DNA of 64,000 nt. Origin: Limnothrix sp. BL-A-16. Lineage in GTDB: Bacteria; Cyanobacteriota; Cyanobacteriia; CACIAM-69d. This document shows, one piece after another, positions 19,639-29,933 of the stretch. The stretch is taken from contig CP166615.1 in NCBI GenBank assembly GCA_041937175.2, forward strand, positions 3,968,001 to 4,032,000, read 5' to 3'. A program made the translations under genes and the position numbers. The notes under the pieces are model-generated. The model was not told the origin of the DNA. It saw only the letters and a program-made list of their open reading frames with translations, and ran no database searches. The stretch's first letter is position 1, and each line of letters starts with the position of its first letter.

Positions 19639-20930
19639 TTAATCAACAGTGATTGATTTCCTCTTATTTGCTCACATTCTCCTAAAAATGCGAATCCATC
19701 CTAGAGGCTGTCATACAATGAACAGATGCTACTCGGATTCAAAACTCAACTTAAGCTCAACAACCAACAACGCACCGCGTTAGCTCGCCATGCCGGTGTT
19801 GCGCGTCATGCTTGGAATTGGGGTTTGGGACTGACCAAGGAAATCCTTGACCACAACCAATTACATCCCGAGGGAAAGATCAAATTTCCATCCGCTATTG
19901 ATTTGCACAAGTGGTTAGTAGCCTTGGTCAAGTCTGAACACCCTTGGTACTATGAGGTTTCCAAAAGTTCTCCTCAAAATGCCCTTCGTCATTTACGGGC
20001 GGCTTGGGATCGCTGCTTCAAAAAGACTTCAGGTGCTCCTAAATTCAAGAAAAAGGGTCGCCATGACTCCTTTGAACTGGATGGAGCTATTCATATTAAG
20101 GGTTTGAATAAGATTCAGGTTCCTAAGATTGGCATCCTGAAGACCTATGAAGCCTTGCCTCAAAATGTTCAACCTAAATCAGTCACCATCAGCCGCCAAG
20201 CGCATGATTGGTTTATCTCGTTTCGGATTGAGATCGAACCCGTCATTACGCCTAAATTGGTTGATGTTGTAGGTGTTGACTTGGGTGTCAAGTCCTTGGC
20301 AACTCTCAGCACTGGAGAATTGTTTGAAGGTGCTAAAGCCTACAGACAACTGGAGTCCCGGCTCTCTCGGTTGCAATGGCTGAATCGCCACAAACAGCGA
20401 GGATCTGAGAACTGGAAAAAGGCTCAATTGAGGATCGCCCAGTTGCATCAGCGAATCGTCAACATCCGTAAAGACACGCTCCATAAGCTCACGACCTACC
20501 TCGCCAAGAACCACGGCACGGTAGTCATTGAGGATCTGAATGTGTCTGGAATGATGGCGAACCGCAAGCTAGCCAAGGCGATTCAGGATATGGGGTTCTA
20601 CGAGTTTCGGCGGCAACTGGATTACAAGACAAAACTTTATGGCTCTGAACTGGTGATCGTAGACCGCTGGTTTCCATCTAGCAAGACTTGTTCCCGTTGT
20701 GGCAAGAAAAAAGAGACCCTATCGCTTTCAGAGCGGGTGTTTGATTGTGATCACTGTGGATTGCAGATTGATCGCGATTTGAATGCCGCGATTAATCTGC
20801 AAAAGGCGGCCAGTCCGGTCGTGTCAGCCTGTGGAGCGGATGAAGCCGACTTCGCCGCAATGAAGCAGGAAGTTTCCTGATTGCTGTATTTGCTAGTCAA
20901 TTGCAGCAATTGTTAGTGAATTAGTGACGG
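19639..20930 (+). mobile_element. Non-autonomous IS607-type element carrying only tnpB
   Basis: GG at both junctions (TTAGGG|TTAATC and ...GTGACGG|TTGGAT); TATTTGCT directly repeated near both ends (19665, 20887); more AT-rich than the flanks, and no CGATCG seen inside. Confidence 0.78.
19726..20880 (+). CDS. tnpB: RNA-guided endonuclease TnpB
   Basis: N-terminal HTH, RuvC D (VGVDLG), E (VIEDL), D (DRDLNAA), and zinc finger CSRC...CDHC, all intact. Confidence 0.96.
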   Translation: MLLGFKTQLKLNNQQRTALARHAGVARHAWNWGLGLTKEILDHNQLHPEGKIKFPSAIDLHKWLVALVKSEHPWYYEVSKSSPQNALRHLRAAWDRCFKKTSGAPKFKKKGRHDSFELDGAIHIKGLNKIQVPKIGILKTYEALPQNVQPKSVTISRQAHDWFISFRIEIEPVITPKLVDVVGVDLGVKSLATLSTGELFEGAKAYRQLESRLSRLQWLNRHKQRGSENWKKAQLRIAQLHQRIVNIRKDTLHKLTTYLAKNHGTVVIEDLNVSGMMANRKLAKAIQDMGFYEFRRQLDYKTKLYGSELVIVDRWFPSSKTCSRCGKKKETLSLSERVFDCDHCGLQIDRDLNAAINLQKAASPVVSACGADEADFAAMKQEVS

Positions 20931-20950
20931 TTGGATGAGTTCGTTGCGGC
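20805..20950 (+). ncRNA. Putative TnpB omegaRNA (scaffold overlapping the tnpB 3' end and right end, plus flank-derived guide)
   Basis: GCCTGTGGA...GAAGCAGGAA tail typical of tnpB 3' ends; established TnpB architecture; boundaries inferred. Confidence 0.6.
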
Positions 20951-22307
20951 TAGGGTCGCCCAACAACGGCTCGATCGGAGGCGGTATCACCACCGGCTGT
21001 GGCGGGCCACCCCATTGGGTTTGTAAGGCCGTGAGGAGTTTGTCTTGCTCCGCCCGCAGGCTGTTGACCTTGGTGCTGCGGTTTTGAATCGAAAACCAAA
21101 CCAAGCCCCGATCGCGCGTGGGCAAAAATCCAGACAGGGCACTGACATTAAACAAGCTGCCGGTTTTGACAGCGGAACCGGCGGGCATTTTGCGCCGGGC
21201 AATGGTTCCCCGATCGCGTCCGGCCATGGGCAACAGGGCCGCAACGCCCTCCGGAATCCCCAGCCCTTGCAAGCGCCGTTCCAAGGCAATCCCGATCGCG
21301 GTGATCGCCCTTGGGGAAAAAGCATTGCCCTGGCCCAAACCGGAGCCATTGAGCGATCGCAATTCTGTTTCCGAGAGACCCGTGAGCGATCGCAACTGTT
21401 GCGCCACCTTCACGCCGCCGCCCATCTGGCGGGCCAGGGTTTCGGCCATGAAGTTATTGCTGTAGAGGTTCATTTGCTTCAGCAAACTCAGCAACGGCAG
21501 CGATCGATGGCGAATCAACAAGCGCCGACCCGCCACGGGGGTGGTCGTGCCCGGTGTGGCGGTGGCGGTGGGCAGTTGGTTGGGCGAAGCCGAGGGCAGG
21601 GCATCCAATGCCGGCCGCACCGTTCCCGCAATCACCACCTGGGGCTTGGGGGTGTCGGGGGGCATGGCTCCATGGACACGGGTGAGCAAGGGTGACCAAG
21701 CCGCCCCATTGATCCCTTGGCGCAGTAAGGTTCCACCCAGGGCTGGCCCCGGTGGGTTGGGGTCTTCCGGATCGGGCAAAAAGTTCATCTCAAAGCGCCC
21801 TTCAATCACCAGGTCGCCCGTAACCCGGTTGATGCCCAACCGCTGGAGCGCATTCCCGAGGGCGATCGCCTCTTCCCAAACAAACATCGGATCGCCCCCG
21901 CCGCGCACAATCAAGTTGCCCTGGAGGGTTCCTTGGGCGATCGACCCGTCGGCCCAAATTTCCGTGATGAATTGATGGTTTGGATCCCAGGTTTCCAAGG
22001 CCGCTAAGGAAGTGGCCACCTTGGTCAAGGATGCGGCGGACAGGGGCCGATCGCCCTGATGTTGGGCCAAGACTCGCCAGTGGGCTTGGAACCAGAGGCC
22101 CTGCTCAGCGGGGTCAATGCCGGCCGCCTTCAGGCGATCGAGATATTGCTGCACCGTTGCCTGTGCTTGGGGTTCCGCCTGATTTGGCCCCCAAAACCAA
22201 CTGCTGCCAGCATGATTCAAATAAGTCACGGCTCCCTGGTGGAGCAAGTCAACCCCGGGGGAGAGGGTGAGCAGCGTTGCGAGTCCCGTACCGATGAATC
22301 CTTGCAC
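20913..22307 (-). CDS. dacB: D-Ala-D-Ala carboxypeptidase/endopeptidase (peptidase S13, PBP4-like)
   Basis: SxxK (ASLTK), SxN (SNN), KTG, GGGDP; GTG start at 22307 inferred. Confidence 0.9.
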   Translation of the reverse strand: MQGFIGTGLATLLTLSPGVDLLHQGAVTYLNHAGSSWFWGPNQAEPQAQATVQQYLDRLKAAGIDPAEQGLWFQAHWRVLAQHQGDRPLSAASLTKVATSLAALETWDPNHQFITEIWADGSIAQGTLQGNLIVRGGGDPMFVWEEAIALGNALQRLGINRVTGDLVIEGRFEMNFLPDPEDPNPPGPALGGTLLRQGINGAAWSPLLTRVHGAMPPDTPKPQVVIAGTVRPALDALPSASPNQLPTATATPGTTTPVAGRRLLIRHRSLPLLSLLKQMNLYSNNFMAETLARQMGGGVKVAQQLRSLTGLSETELRSLNGSGLGQGNAFSPRAITAIGIALERRLQGLGIPEGVAALLPMAGRDRGTIARRKMPAGSAVKTGSLFNVSALSGFLPTRDRGLVWFSIQNRSTKVNSLRAEQDKLLTALQTQWGGPPQPVVIPPPIEPLLGDPSRNELIQPSLIH

Positions 22308-22350
22308 TGTTATTGAATGCCCTGATGAGTTCTCTGATTTGCTGCGTTGC

Positions 22351-24048
22351 CTATTCGCTGCGTCGCCACCGTCGCAGCAGGATCTGCAATTCCGGCAGGC
22401 GCAACTGCCAAGCCACGGCCCCAAAAACCCCTAAGCCCGCTGAACCTGCCAACACCAACAACAGCAATTGCTCCAGTAGCGAGGATCCCAAGGATCCTGC
22501 TAGGCCCCAGCGCACCCCCCAGGCTACACCCCCAGCCAGGAAGCTCCCCAACAGCACACCGCCAAAGGGCTTGGCCCAATCGCCCCAGGGCAAGCCGCCC
22601 ATGCGTCGATCGAGCAACCAGAGCAGGGCCGCCATGGCCAGGGCATTCACCCCCACCGTGGCCAACACAATGCCGGCCGCGCCAAACCGAGGCACGAGCC
22701 ACCAGTCCAGCAGCGCATTAAACCCGATATTGACCAAACTGATCCGAAAGGGGGCATTGGCATCACCCAGGGCATAGAAGGCTCGCACCATCACATCCCG
22801 CCCCAGATAGACAAACATGCCAATCCCGGCGGCCATCAAGACGCTGGCCACCAGCTGGGAATCGTTGCTGTTGAAGGCTCCCCGCTCGTAGATGACTTGA
22901 ACGATCGGGTCGGCCAGGGCGATCGTTAGGCCGCTGAGGGGCAACATGGCGATCGCGGAGACCAACAACCCTTGCCGAAGCCGATCAATAAATACGGGGC
23001 GATCGTCCGCTGACCGGGCCAACACCGGCAGCAGGGGCACGAGCACCACGTTGGACACCAGGCCCAAAGGGGTTTGGATCAGCAAGTTGGCGTAATTGAG
23101 AGCCGCCGCGGCCTGGGGTACAAAGGAGGCAAAGAATAAATCCGTGTAGAGATTAATCTGCAACATCCCGGAGGAGAGGGCCGCGGGCCCCATCACGCCC
23201 ATCACCGCTTGCACTCCCGGGTGGCGCAGCGACCAGCCCAGCCGAAACCGCCCCATGCCCGCTTTGAGTTGGGCGGGCAGTTGGACTAACCATTGCAGGA
23301 GGGCCCCGGCCGTGGTGCTGGCGGCCAAAAGCACCCCACCCAGCGCCAGGGTGTCAGGGCCAGAGCCGCCCTGCTGCCAAGCGAACCAGCCGATCGCCCC
23401 GATCGTGACAATGCTGGACAGAACGGGACTGATTGAGGGCAACCAATAAAGATCGGCGGCGTTGAGCGTGCCGAAGCCAATCCCGATCGCTCCGGCCAAA
23501 AAGGCGATCGGGGCCATCACCTGCAATTGCAAAACCGCCAGCTCACGGGTTTGGATCGCCGCTGCGGTGTTGTGGACACTCAAGCCGGGAGCCAACAGCC
23601 CGATCGCCGGTTCCGCAAACACCACCAGGGCCGCACTCACCACCAGTAAGGCCCCACAAACTACCGTGGTGACCGTTTCCACGATCACCGCAGCCTCTGA
23701 TCGATCGCGCTTGGCCAACACACTGACCATGGCGCTGTGGAAGGGGCCGTTGATGCCGCCCAGCAGAATCAGCAGAAAGCCCGGTAGCACGTAGGCATAG
23801 GCGAAGGCATCCACCACCGGCCCGGCTCCAAAGGCCGCTGCGATCACCTGTTGGCGCACCAGACCCGCCACCTTGCTCAGAAGGGTGGCCCCGGCCACGA
23901 TGCTGGCAATGGACAGGATTGATCGCCCGGCCGGGATTGGCTCCGGGGCCTTTGGGGGCGGGGTTTCCGGGTCGAGATTGGCGGCCGGCTCGGCGGGCGA
24001 GGGGGGCGGCAATTCGGAAGCGGAGGAAGGGGGCGGAGAGTCGGTCAC
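22351..24048 (-). CDS. murJ: Lipid II flippase MurJ (MviN)
   Basis: ATLLSKVAGLVRQQ, GGINGPFHSA, YERGAF, RAFYALGD; polytopic membrane protein. Confidence 0.95.
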   Translation of the reverse strand: MTDSPPPSSASELPPPSPAEPAANLDPETPPPKAPEPIPAGRSILSIASIVAGATLLSKVAGLVRQQVIAAAFGAGPVVDAFAYAYVLPGFLLILLGGINGPFHSAMVSVLAKRDRSEAAVIVETVTTVVCGALLVVSAALVVFAEPAIGLLAPGLSVHNTAAAIQTRELAVLQLQVMAPIAFLAGAIGIGFGTLNAADLYWLPSISPVLSSIVTIGAIGWFAWQQGGSGPDTLALGGVLLAASTTAGALLQWLVQLPAQLKAGMGRFRLGWSLRHPGVQAVMGVMGPAALSSGMLQINLYTDLFFASFVPQAAAALNYANLLIQTPLGLVSNVVLVPLLPVLARSADDRPVFIDRLRQGLLVSAIAMLPLSGLTIALADPIVQVIYERGAFNSNDSQLVASVLMAAGIGMFVYLGRDVMVRAFYALGDANAPFRISLVNIGFNALLDWWLVPRFGAAGIVLATVGVNALAMAALLWLLDRRMGGLPWGDWAKPFGGVLLGSFLAGGVAWGVRWGLAGSLGSSLLEQLLLLVLAGSAGLGVFGAVAWQLRLPELQILLRRWRRSE

Positions 24049-24244
24049 GGTCGAAGGGCGATCGAGAATCCGATCGAAAAAGGCTGGTTTGCAGCATACC
24101 CGAGCCGGGGAGCGATCGACCTTTTCGCCAAACCGCTATAGTCGATCTGCATCGATTGGCTCCCCGATCGCCGCCCGCCAACGTTCAAATTTCGATTCAA
24201 GATTCCAACTTTTCCCTTGATCGTTTCGATCGCTTCTGAATCCT

Positions 24245-26650
24245 ATGACCCTGACTAGCCATCCCCCGTCCCCTAAACCAACGGCCGTGCTCACGGTTTC
24301 GGGCATGAAATGTGGCGGTTGTGTGGCGGCTGTGGAAAATCGCCTGAAGCGCCAACCCACGGTGGCCGATGCCAATGTGAACTTGGCGACGGGCTTGGCG
24401 GTGGTGGATTTGCTGCCGGGAACCGATGTGCAGGCCACCGTGCCTGCCCTGGCGGCGGCCTTGACGGGGGCAGGGTTTCCCAGCGAAGTGCAAACTTCGG
24501 CAGATTTGACCCCGATTGCCCCGGAAACCCCGGCCACGGCGGGCGATTGGTGGCGGCCCCTGGTGATTGCCGGGGTGCTGTTGCTGATTTCCACCTTGGG
24601 CCACCTCGATCGGCTGGGGGGCCCGCCCATCCCGCTAATCAGCCGGGTGGAATTTCACTTTGCGGTGGCGACCTTGGCCCTGCTGTTTCCGGGGCGAGAG
24701 ATTTTGCTAGAAGGGTTTCGATCGCTTCTGCGCGGCATTCCCACCATGAATTCCCTGATTGGCTTGGGAACCGGTGCGGCCTATTTGGCCAGTGTGGTGG
24801 CCTTGGTTCACCCCAGTTGGGATTGGGCTTGTTTTTTCGATGAGCCGGCCATGCTGTTGGGGTTTGTGCTGTTGGGCCGCACGATCGAGGCCCGGGTGCG
24901 GGTGCGATCGCGCGAATCCTTCACGGCCCTGCTGGCCCTGAAGCCAGCCCTGGCGCGTCGGTTGACCCAGGAACCCACGGAGTTGGGAGAAGCGCTGCCA
25001 ACGGAATCAATTCCCGTGGGAACGGTGCAGGTGGGCCAAGCCCTGTTGGTGTTGCCGGGCGATCGGTTGCCGGTGGACGGGGTGGTGGTGCTAGGTAAAA
25101 CCACAGTGGACGAGGCGATGTTGACGGGGGAATCGCAGCCGGTGATCAAGCAGCCGGGCGATCGCCTGCTGGCGGGAACCCTCAACCAATCGGGGGCAAT
25201 CGTGATCCGGGCCCAGCGGGTTGGCCGCGACACGGAATTGGCCCGCATTGTGCAATTGGTGGCCGAAGCCCAAGGGCGCAAGGCTCCGATCCAGCGGTTG
25301 GCCGATCGCGTGGCGGGCTATTTTTGCTGGGGGGTGATGGCGATCGCCGGGTTCACCTTCGGCTTTTGGGCCCTCTGGGGCGATCGATTCCCCGCTGTGT
25401 TGCAAGCGGCCGCCCAAACCACCACCCACGCCAACCACACCGCTCACCTGGCCATGGCTGGGATGGCCCCCATGGTGTCGGAGCCGGTGACCCCTGGACA
25501 ATTGGCCCTGAAGCTCGCCATTTCCGTGCTGGTGGTGGCCTGTCCCTGTGCCTTGGGCTTGGCCACGCCGACGGCCATTTTGGTTGGCTCCAGTTGGGGC
25601 GCAGAACAGGGGATTTTGATTCGGGGTGGGGATGTGTTGGAGCGGCTCCAGCAGGTGGCCACGGTGGTCTTTGACAAAACCGGAACCCTCACCACGGGGC
25701 GACCGGTGTTGGTCGATCGCCAACCCCTGGTGGCTGAGATGACGGGCGATCGCCTGGTGCAGTTGGCGGCGGCCGTGGAGCGGGGCACAGGCCACCCCCT
25801 GGCCCAAGCGATCGCCCAAGCGGCCGCTGCGTTACCCGCCCTCCCGGCCCAAGACTTCGTGACGGAACCGGGGCTGGGAGCCAAGGCCCAAGTGGCCGAT
25901 CGCCCCGTTTGGGTCGGCAATCGGGCCTGGCTGGCTCAAGGGGGAATTTCCTTGCCGGAGTCGCTGGAGTCGGCCCTTCAGCAAACGGCCCAGGCCGGGA
26001 AAACACCGATCCTGGTGGCGGAGGGCGATCGACTAGTGGGGGTGCTGTCGGCCGTCGATGAGCTGCGACCCGACGCGATCACCACCGTGCAGCGGCTCCA
26101 GCAACTGGGGTTGGACATTCGGGTGTTAACGGGCGATCGGGCTGAGGTGGCCAACGCCCTAGCCGATCGGGTCGGCCTGCCCCGATCGGCCGTGGTTGCC
26201 GAGCTGCGACCCGACCAAAAAGCCCAAATCATCAGCCAATTGCCCCATCCGGCCATGGTTGGCGACGGCATCAACGATGCACCCGCCCTGGCCACCGCTC
26301 CCGTTGGTATTGCCCTGGGATCGGCCACCGATGCTGCCCTAGAAACCGCCGGTGTCATTTTGACGCGCGATCGACTGCTCGACCTGCCGAGCGCGATCAT
26401 GCTTGGCCGCGCAACGTTCCGTAAAATTCGCCAAAACCTGTTATGGGCCATCGCGTACAATGCGATTGGCATTCCCCTCGCGGCGGGCCTTTGGTTACCC
26501 TCCGTTGGATGGGGGCTTAGTCCTGCCACCGCTGCCGCTCTGATGGCTTTCAGTTCTGTCAGTGTGGTAAGTAATTCCCTGCTCCTGCGTGTTAGCGCCC
26601 GATCGGCAGTTAGTGCGCTGCCTGAACAAAACCAGACATGTCAGAATTAG
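24245..26650 (+). CDS. Cu(I)-transporting P1B-type ATPase (CtaA-like)
   Basis: GMKCGGC metal-binding domain, TGES, CPCALGL, DKTGT, HP, GDGINDAP, YN and MAFSS. Confidence 0.93.
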   Translation: MTLTSHPPSPKPTAVLTVSGMKCGGCVAAVENRLKRQPTVADANVNLATGLAVVDLLPGTDVQATVPALAAALTGAGFPSEVQTSADLTPIAPETPATAGDWWRPLVIAGVLLLISTLGHLDRLGGPPIPLISRVEFHFAVATLALLFPGREILLEGFRSLLRGIPTMNSLIGLGTGAAYLASVVALVHPSWDWACFFDEPAMLLGFVLLGRTIEARVRVRSRESFTALLALKPALARRLTQEPTELGEALPTESIPVGTVQVGQALLVLPGDRLPVDGVVVLGKTTVDEAMLTGESQPVIKQPGDRLLAGTLNQSGAIVIRAQRVGRDTELARIVQLVAEAQGRKAPIQRLADRVAGYFCWGVMAIAGFTFGFWALWGDRFPAVLQAAAQTTTHANHTAHLAMAGMAPMVSEPVTPGQLALKLAISVLVVACPCALGLATPTAILVGSSWGAEQGILIRGGDVLERLQQVATVVFDKTGTLTTGRPVLVDRQPLVAEMTGDRLVQLAAAVERGTGHPLAQAIAQAAAALPALPAQDFVTEPGLGAKAQVADRPVWVGNRAWLAQGGISLPESLESALQQTAQAGKTPILVAEGDRLVGVLSAVDELRPDAITTVQRLQQLGLDIRVLTGDRAEVANALADRVGLPRSAVVAELRPDQKAQIISQLPHPAMVGDGINDAPALATAPVGIALGSATDAALETAGVILTRDRLLDLPSAIMLGRATFRKIRQNLLWAIAYNAIGIPLAAGLWLPSVGWGLSPATAAALMAFSSVSVVSNSLLLRVSARSAVSALPEQNQTCQN

Positions 26651-26721
26651 CCGTAACCGAGCTACGTCAAGAGTCTCCACGCTCCGTGGAGCACAGTTAA
26701 TCCAGTCCGCATAATCAGCCC

Positions 26722-27156
26722 ATGCCCGCAGAACCCAGGCAAAATCACCTCTTAATCGTTGAAGACGACAAGGGGAGACGGGAAGTCATTCTCGAAAATC
26801 CCGTCTACTCCATTGGACGCGATCCCAAGTGCGATGTCATCCTTGTTTCTCAATTTGTGTCGCGTCGGCACGCCACCCTCGTTCGTCTGTCCTATGACGA
26901 CGGTACAGCCTATTACCGAATAGTCGATGGCAACCTCAAGGGCAAACCCAGTGCCAATGGGCTGTTAATTAACGGTCGTAAGCTGCAAGTCCACGATTTA
27001 CAAAACGAGGACGAAATTGTCTTTGGGCCCCAGGTTCGGGCCATCTACTACACCCTCAAGCAAGATACGCTCTCGATCGGGCCGCCGGACGAGTTTGATA
27101 TCACCTTGATTAGCCCCAACATGGTGGGTGACCCGGAAGACACGGATGATGATTAA
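26722..27156 (+). CDS. FHA-domain protein
   Basis: IGR, VSRRHA and SANG FHA motifs. Confidence 0.9.
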   Translation: MPAEPRQNHLLIVEDDKGRREVILENPVYSIGRDPKCDVILVSQFVSRRHATLVRLSYDDGTAYYRIVDGNLKGKPSANGLLINGRKLQVHDLQNEDEIVFGPQVRAIYYTLKQDTLSIGPPDEFDITLISPNMVGDPEDTDDD

Positions 27157-27551
27157 CCCTTGTGTTAATCAGAACCCATAGGAGACTCCAGAATCTGAGC
27201 GTTTGAAGATGCTGTTGTTTGATCAGTCATCCCTCAAGGCTTCTGGAGTCATGTTTAAGCATTATCCTATGCGCTTTCCTATCGTTTTCGGCGTTGATTG
27301 ATTTAGCGTTGATTGATTCAGCATTTACGAAGCATCTACGAAGCATCTACTGAAAAGGTTTCTGAAAAGCTAAAACCGCGCCAGAGCCAGCCGCTGTTAC
27401 TGACCAAGCTCATTGAGAGTCTTAGGAAAGTTGCAGGTCTTGGCCCCGTTTCGGTTTTGGCTTTTCTTCGTTTTGGTTGTTTAAGCTGTGGGTTAATTAA
27501 TGCGCGGATGGATCGCCCTGTGAATTAATCGATGAATGAATCGATCGCGCC

Positions 27552-28601
27552 CTAGCCCAATTGAGCCGCGCACACCGCCGCTCCCAGCAGGCCCACTTGA
27601 GGATTCAAGACCACCGAAACGGGCACATTTTCTAGCAGCTCGCTCACCCGGCCCTTGCTGCCAAAGTGAAATAGAAACTGGCCCCGATCGAGCAAGGGCA
27701 AAATCTTGGCGGCAATGCCTCCGGCCACATACAGTCCGCCGTAGGGCAAGAGCTTCAGGGCCAAGTTGCCCGCCTCGGCTCCATAGGCCGCCACAAACAA
27801 GTTCATGGCCTGTTCGCAGAGTGCATCGGACTCTTCCAAGGCAGCACGGGCAATGATTGCGCCGGGATCGATGCTCTTTTCGCTGCGGCCCATTTCCTGT
27901 TCCCAGGTGCGGATGGCTTGGGCAACGGTGCTGTTTTCGTGGCCCGTTTGCCGATCGCGCAAAAATTGATAGATGCCGACAATCCCTTGGCCAGAAACAA
28001 TCCGCTCCACGGAGACCCGATCGATTTGATATCGCTCCTGCAAATAGTTGTGTAGTTCCCATTCCAGGGCCGATCGGGGCGCAAAGTCCGTGTGGCCGCC
28101 CTCGGTGCTGAAGGCGCGGTAGCGGCCCGGCTCGCCCGTTGGAATCAAAAATCCTTCGCCCAAGCCAGTGCCCGCCCCCAAAATCCCGATCGGGGCCATG
28201 GGGTCGGCCTTGGCCGGCTGCAACACTTGCAAATCCACCGCTTCCAGCACCGGGATGCCATAACCGACGGCGGCAAAGTCGTTGATCAGTTCCACGTGGG
28301 GAATTTCGAGGGCTTGGATCAGCCGATCGACCTCCAGGAACCAGCCCAGGTTGGTGAGCCGTGATGTGCCGTGGGCCACGGGCCCCGCAATCCCAAAGCA
28401 GGCGCGATCGGGCCGGCGATTGAGTCCGGAAGCCCCCAAAAAGGTTTCCACCATCGGCACCAAGTCGGTGAAGTCCCGGCTGGCGTATTGGGCCTCATAC
28501 AGGGGTTGTAACTCCACCGCCTGGGGGGTGCGGCTGTCGGTTTCCACCAACCGCAGAATCGTTTTGGTTCCGCCCACATCACCGGCCAACAGCAGCGCCA
28601 C
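27552..28601 (-). CDS. glk: Glucokinase
   Basis: AGDVGGTKT, LINDF, GAGTGLG, EGGH, YVAGGI. Confidence 0.96.
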   Translation of the reverse strand: MALLLAGDVGGTKTILRLVETDSRTPQAVELQPLYEAQYASRDFTDLVPMVETFLGASGLNRRPDRACFGIAGPVAHGTSRLTNLGWFLEVDRLIQALEIPHVELINDFAAVGYGIPVLEAVDLQVLQPAKADPMAPIGILGAGTGLGEGFLIPTGEPGRYRAFSTEGGHTDFAPRSALEWELHNYLQERYQIDRVSVERIVSGQGIVGIYQFLRDRQTGHENSTVAQAIRTWEQEMGRSEKSIDPGAIIARAALEESDALCEQAMNLFVAAYGAEAGNLALKLLPYGGLYVAGGIAAKILPLLDRGQFLFHFGSKGRVSELLENVPVSVVLNPQVGLLGAAVCAAQLG

Positions 28602-28741
28602 GGTTTCGCCTCCCGTTCTCAGATTGCTAGAGCTTCAGTAGGCCAAGGAACTCTGGCCCGCCCATCATTTTCTGCCCTGTACCGATGCGCGGGTTGCCCC
28701 AAGGCCCAATCGATCGATCTTGGGTCTTGTTTTGATTCCAA

Positions 28742-28829
28742 TCTTTGACCACCCCGTACGAGTCTTTGACCACCCCGTACGAGATCCCGGGAGGGCAGTC
28801 CCAGGGGACAAGGGGCTTAGGCCCCTTGT
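28742..28829. repeat. 21-bp tandem duplication followed by a solo REP-like palindrome
   Basis: TCTTTGACCACCCCGTACGAG x2 (28742-28783); ACAAGGGGC-TTAG-GCCCCTTGT (28808-28829). Confidence 0.88.
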
Positions 28830-28856
28830 TTACGGTGATCTTGATGCAGTTGCGTC

Positions 28857-29933
28857 TTAGTTTTGCTCGAAGGGCAGGCCAAAGACCGAGCAGAATGTTT
28901 TCTCAACCTTATAGCCCGAGTCGATCGTCTCTAGCGGGTCTTTCCGGAGCCGGTGACGCAAACAGAGCACAATCACCCGGCGGATGTCATCGACGGTCAC
29001 TTGGGTGCGACCTTCGAGGGCGGCGATCGCCTTGGCGGCCCGGTTGGTCACAATGTCGCCCCGCAACCCGTCCACGTCCAGCTCAGAACAAACCTGGGAA
29101 ATTTGCACCCGCAAATCGTAGTCCAGCTCCACCGAGGGCAATAGGTTCCGAGCGTTTACCAGTTTGGCTTGCAGGGCTTGCTGCTCCGTTTGGCAACGAT
29201 CGAGGTAGCTTTGGGGGCTGCTGTCAAAGGCCGATCGCTCTTCCACGATTTGCACCCGCAGGTTCGGCTCCTTCACGGTGCGAATTTCCGCGTGCATCCC
29301 GAAGCGATCGAGCAGTTGGGGCCGCAGCTCCCCTTCTTCCGGGTTGCCGGAACCCACCAACACAAACCGCGCTGGGTGGCGAATCGAAATCCCTTCCCGT
29401 TCCACCGTGTTCCAGCCCGAGGCCGCCGAATCCAGCAGCACATCCACCAAGTGGTCATCGAGCAGGTTCACTTCATCCACATAAAGGATGCCGCGATTGG
29501 CCTTGGCCAACAGGCCCGGTTCAAAGGCTTTCACCCCTTCGGCCAGGGCTTTTTCAATGTCGATCGTGCCGCAAACGCGGTCTTCGGTGGCTCCCAAGGG
29601 CAGGTCAACCATTTGTACCTTGCGCTGCACCACGGGCAAGGACTGACCCGCCAACGCCCGATCGCGCACCTCGTCGCTCATCAATTCCGGGTCGCGGGGG
29701 TCGCTGTTGAAGGGGTCGCCGTCCACCACATCGATTTCCGGGAGCAAGTCGGCCAGGGCGCGAATCGTGGTGGATTTGCCCGTGCCCCGATCGCCAACGA
29801 TCAACACACCCCCAATCTTGGGGTCAATGACGTTGAGCATCAACGCCAACTTCATTTCTTCTTGACCGACGATCGCCGTGAAGGGAAACACGGGCCGACG
29901 GCGGGTTTCGGAACTGACAACGGTTGCGGTCAC
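28857..29933 (-). CDS. chlI: Magnesium chelatase subunit I
   Basis: [40 protein letters not shown] start at 29933. Confidence 0.98.
   Translation of the reverse strand: MTATVVSSETRRRPVFPFTAIVGQEEMKLALMLNVIDPKIGGVLIVGDRGTGKSTTIRALADLLPEIDVVDGDPFNSDPRDPELMSDEVRDRALAGQSLPVVQRKVQMVDLPLGATEDRVCGTIDIEKALAEGVKAFEPGLLAKANRGILYVDEVNLLDDHLVDVLLDSAASGWNTVEREGISIRHPARFVLVGSGNPEEGELRPQLLDRFGMHAEIRTVKEPNLRVQIVEERSAFDSSPQSYLDRCQTEQQALQAKLVNARNLLPSVELDYDLRVQISQVCSELDVDGLRGDIVTNRAAKAIAALEGRTQVTVDDIRRVIVLCLRHRLRKDPLETIDSGYKVEKTFCSVFGLPFEQN

Noticed and set aside
19653..19657. TTGAT as an ISDra2-like TAM marking the tnpB element's left end
   Set aside because: The right end finishes in ACGG rather than TCAA/TCAC, and the GG-core junction at 19638 restores the dacB stop exactly, which favours IS607-type boundaries.
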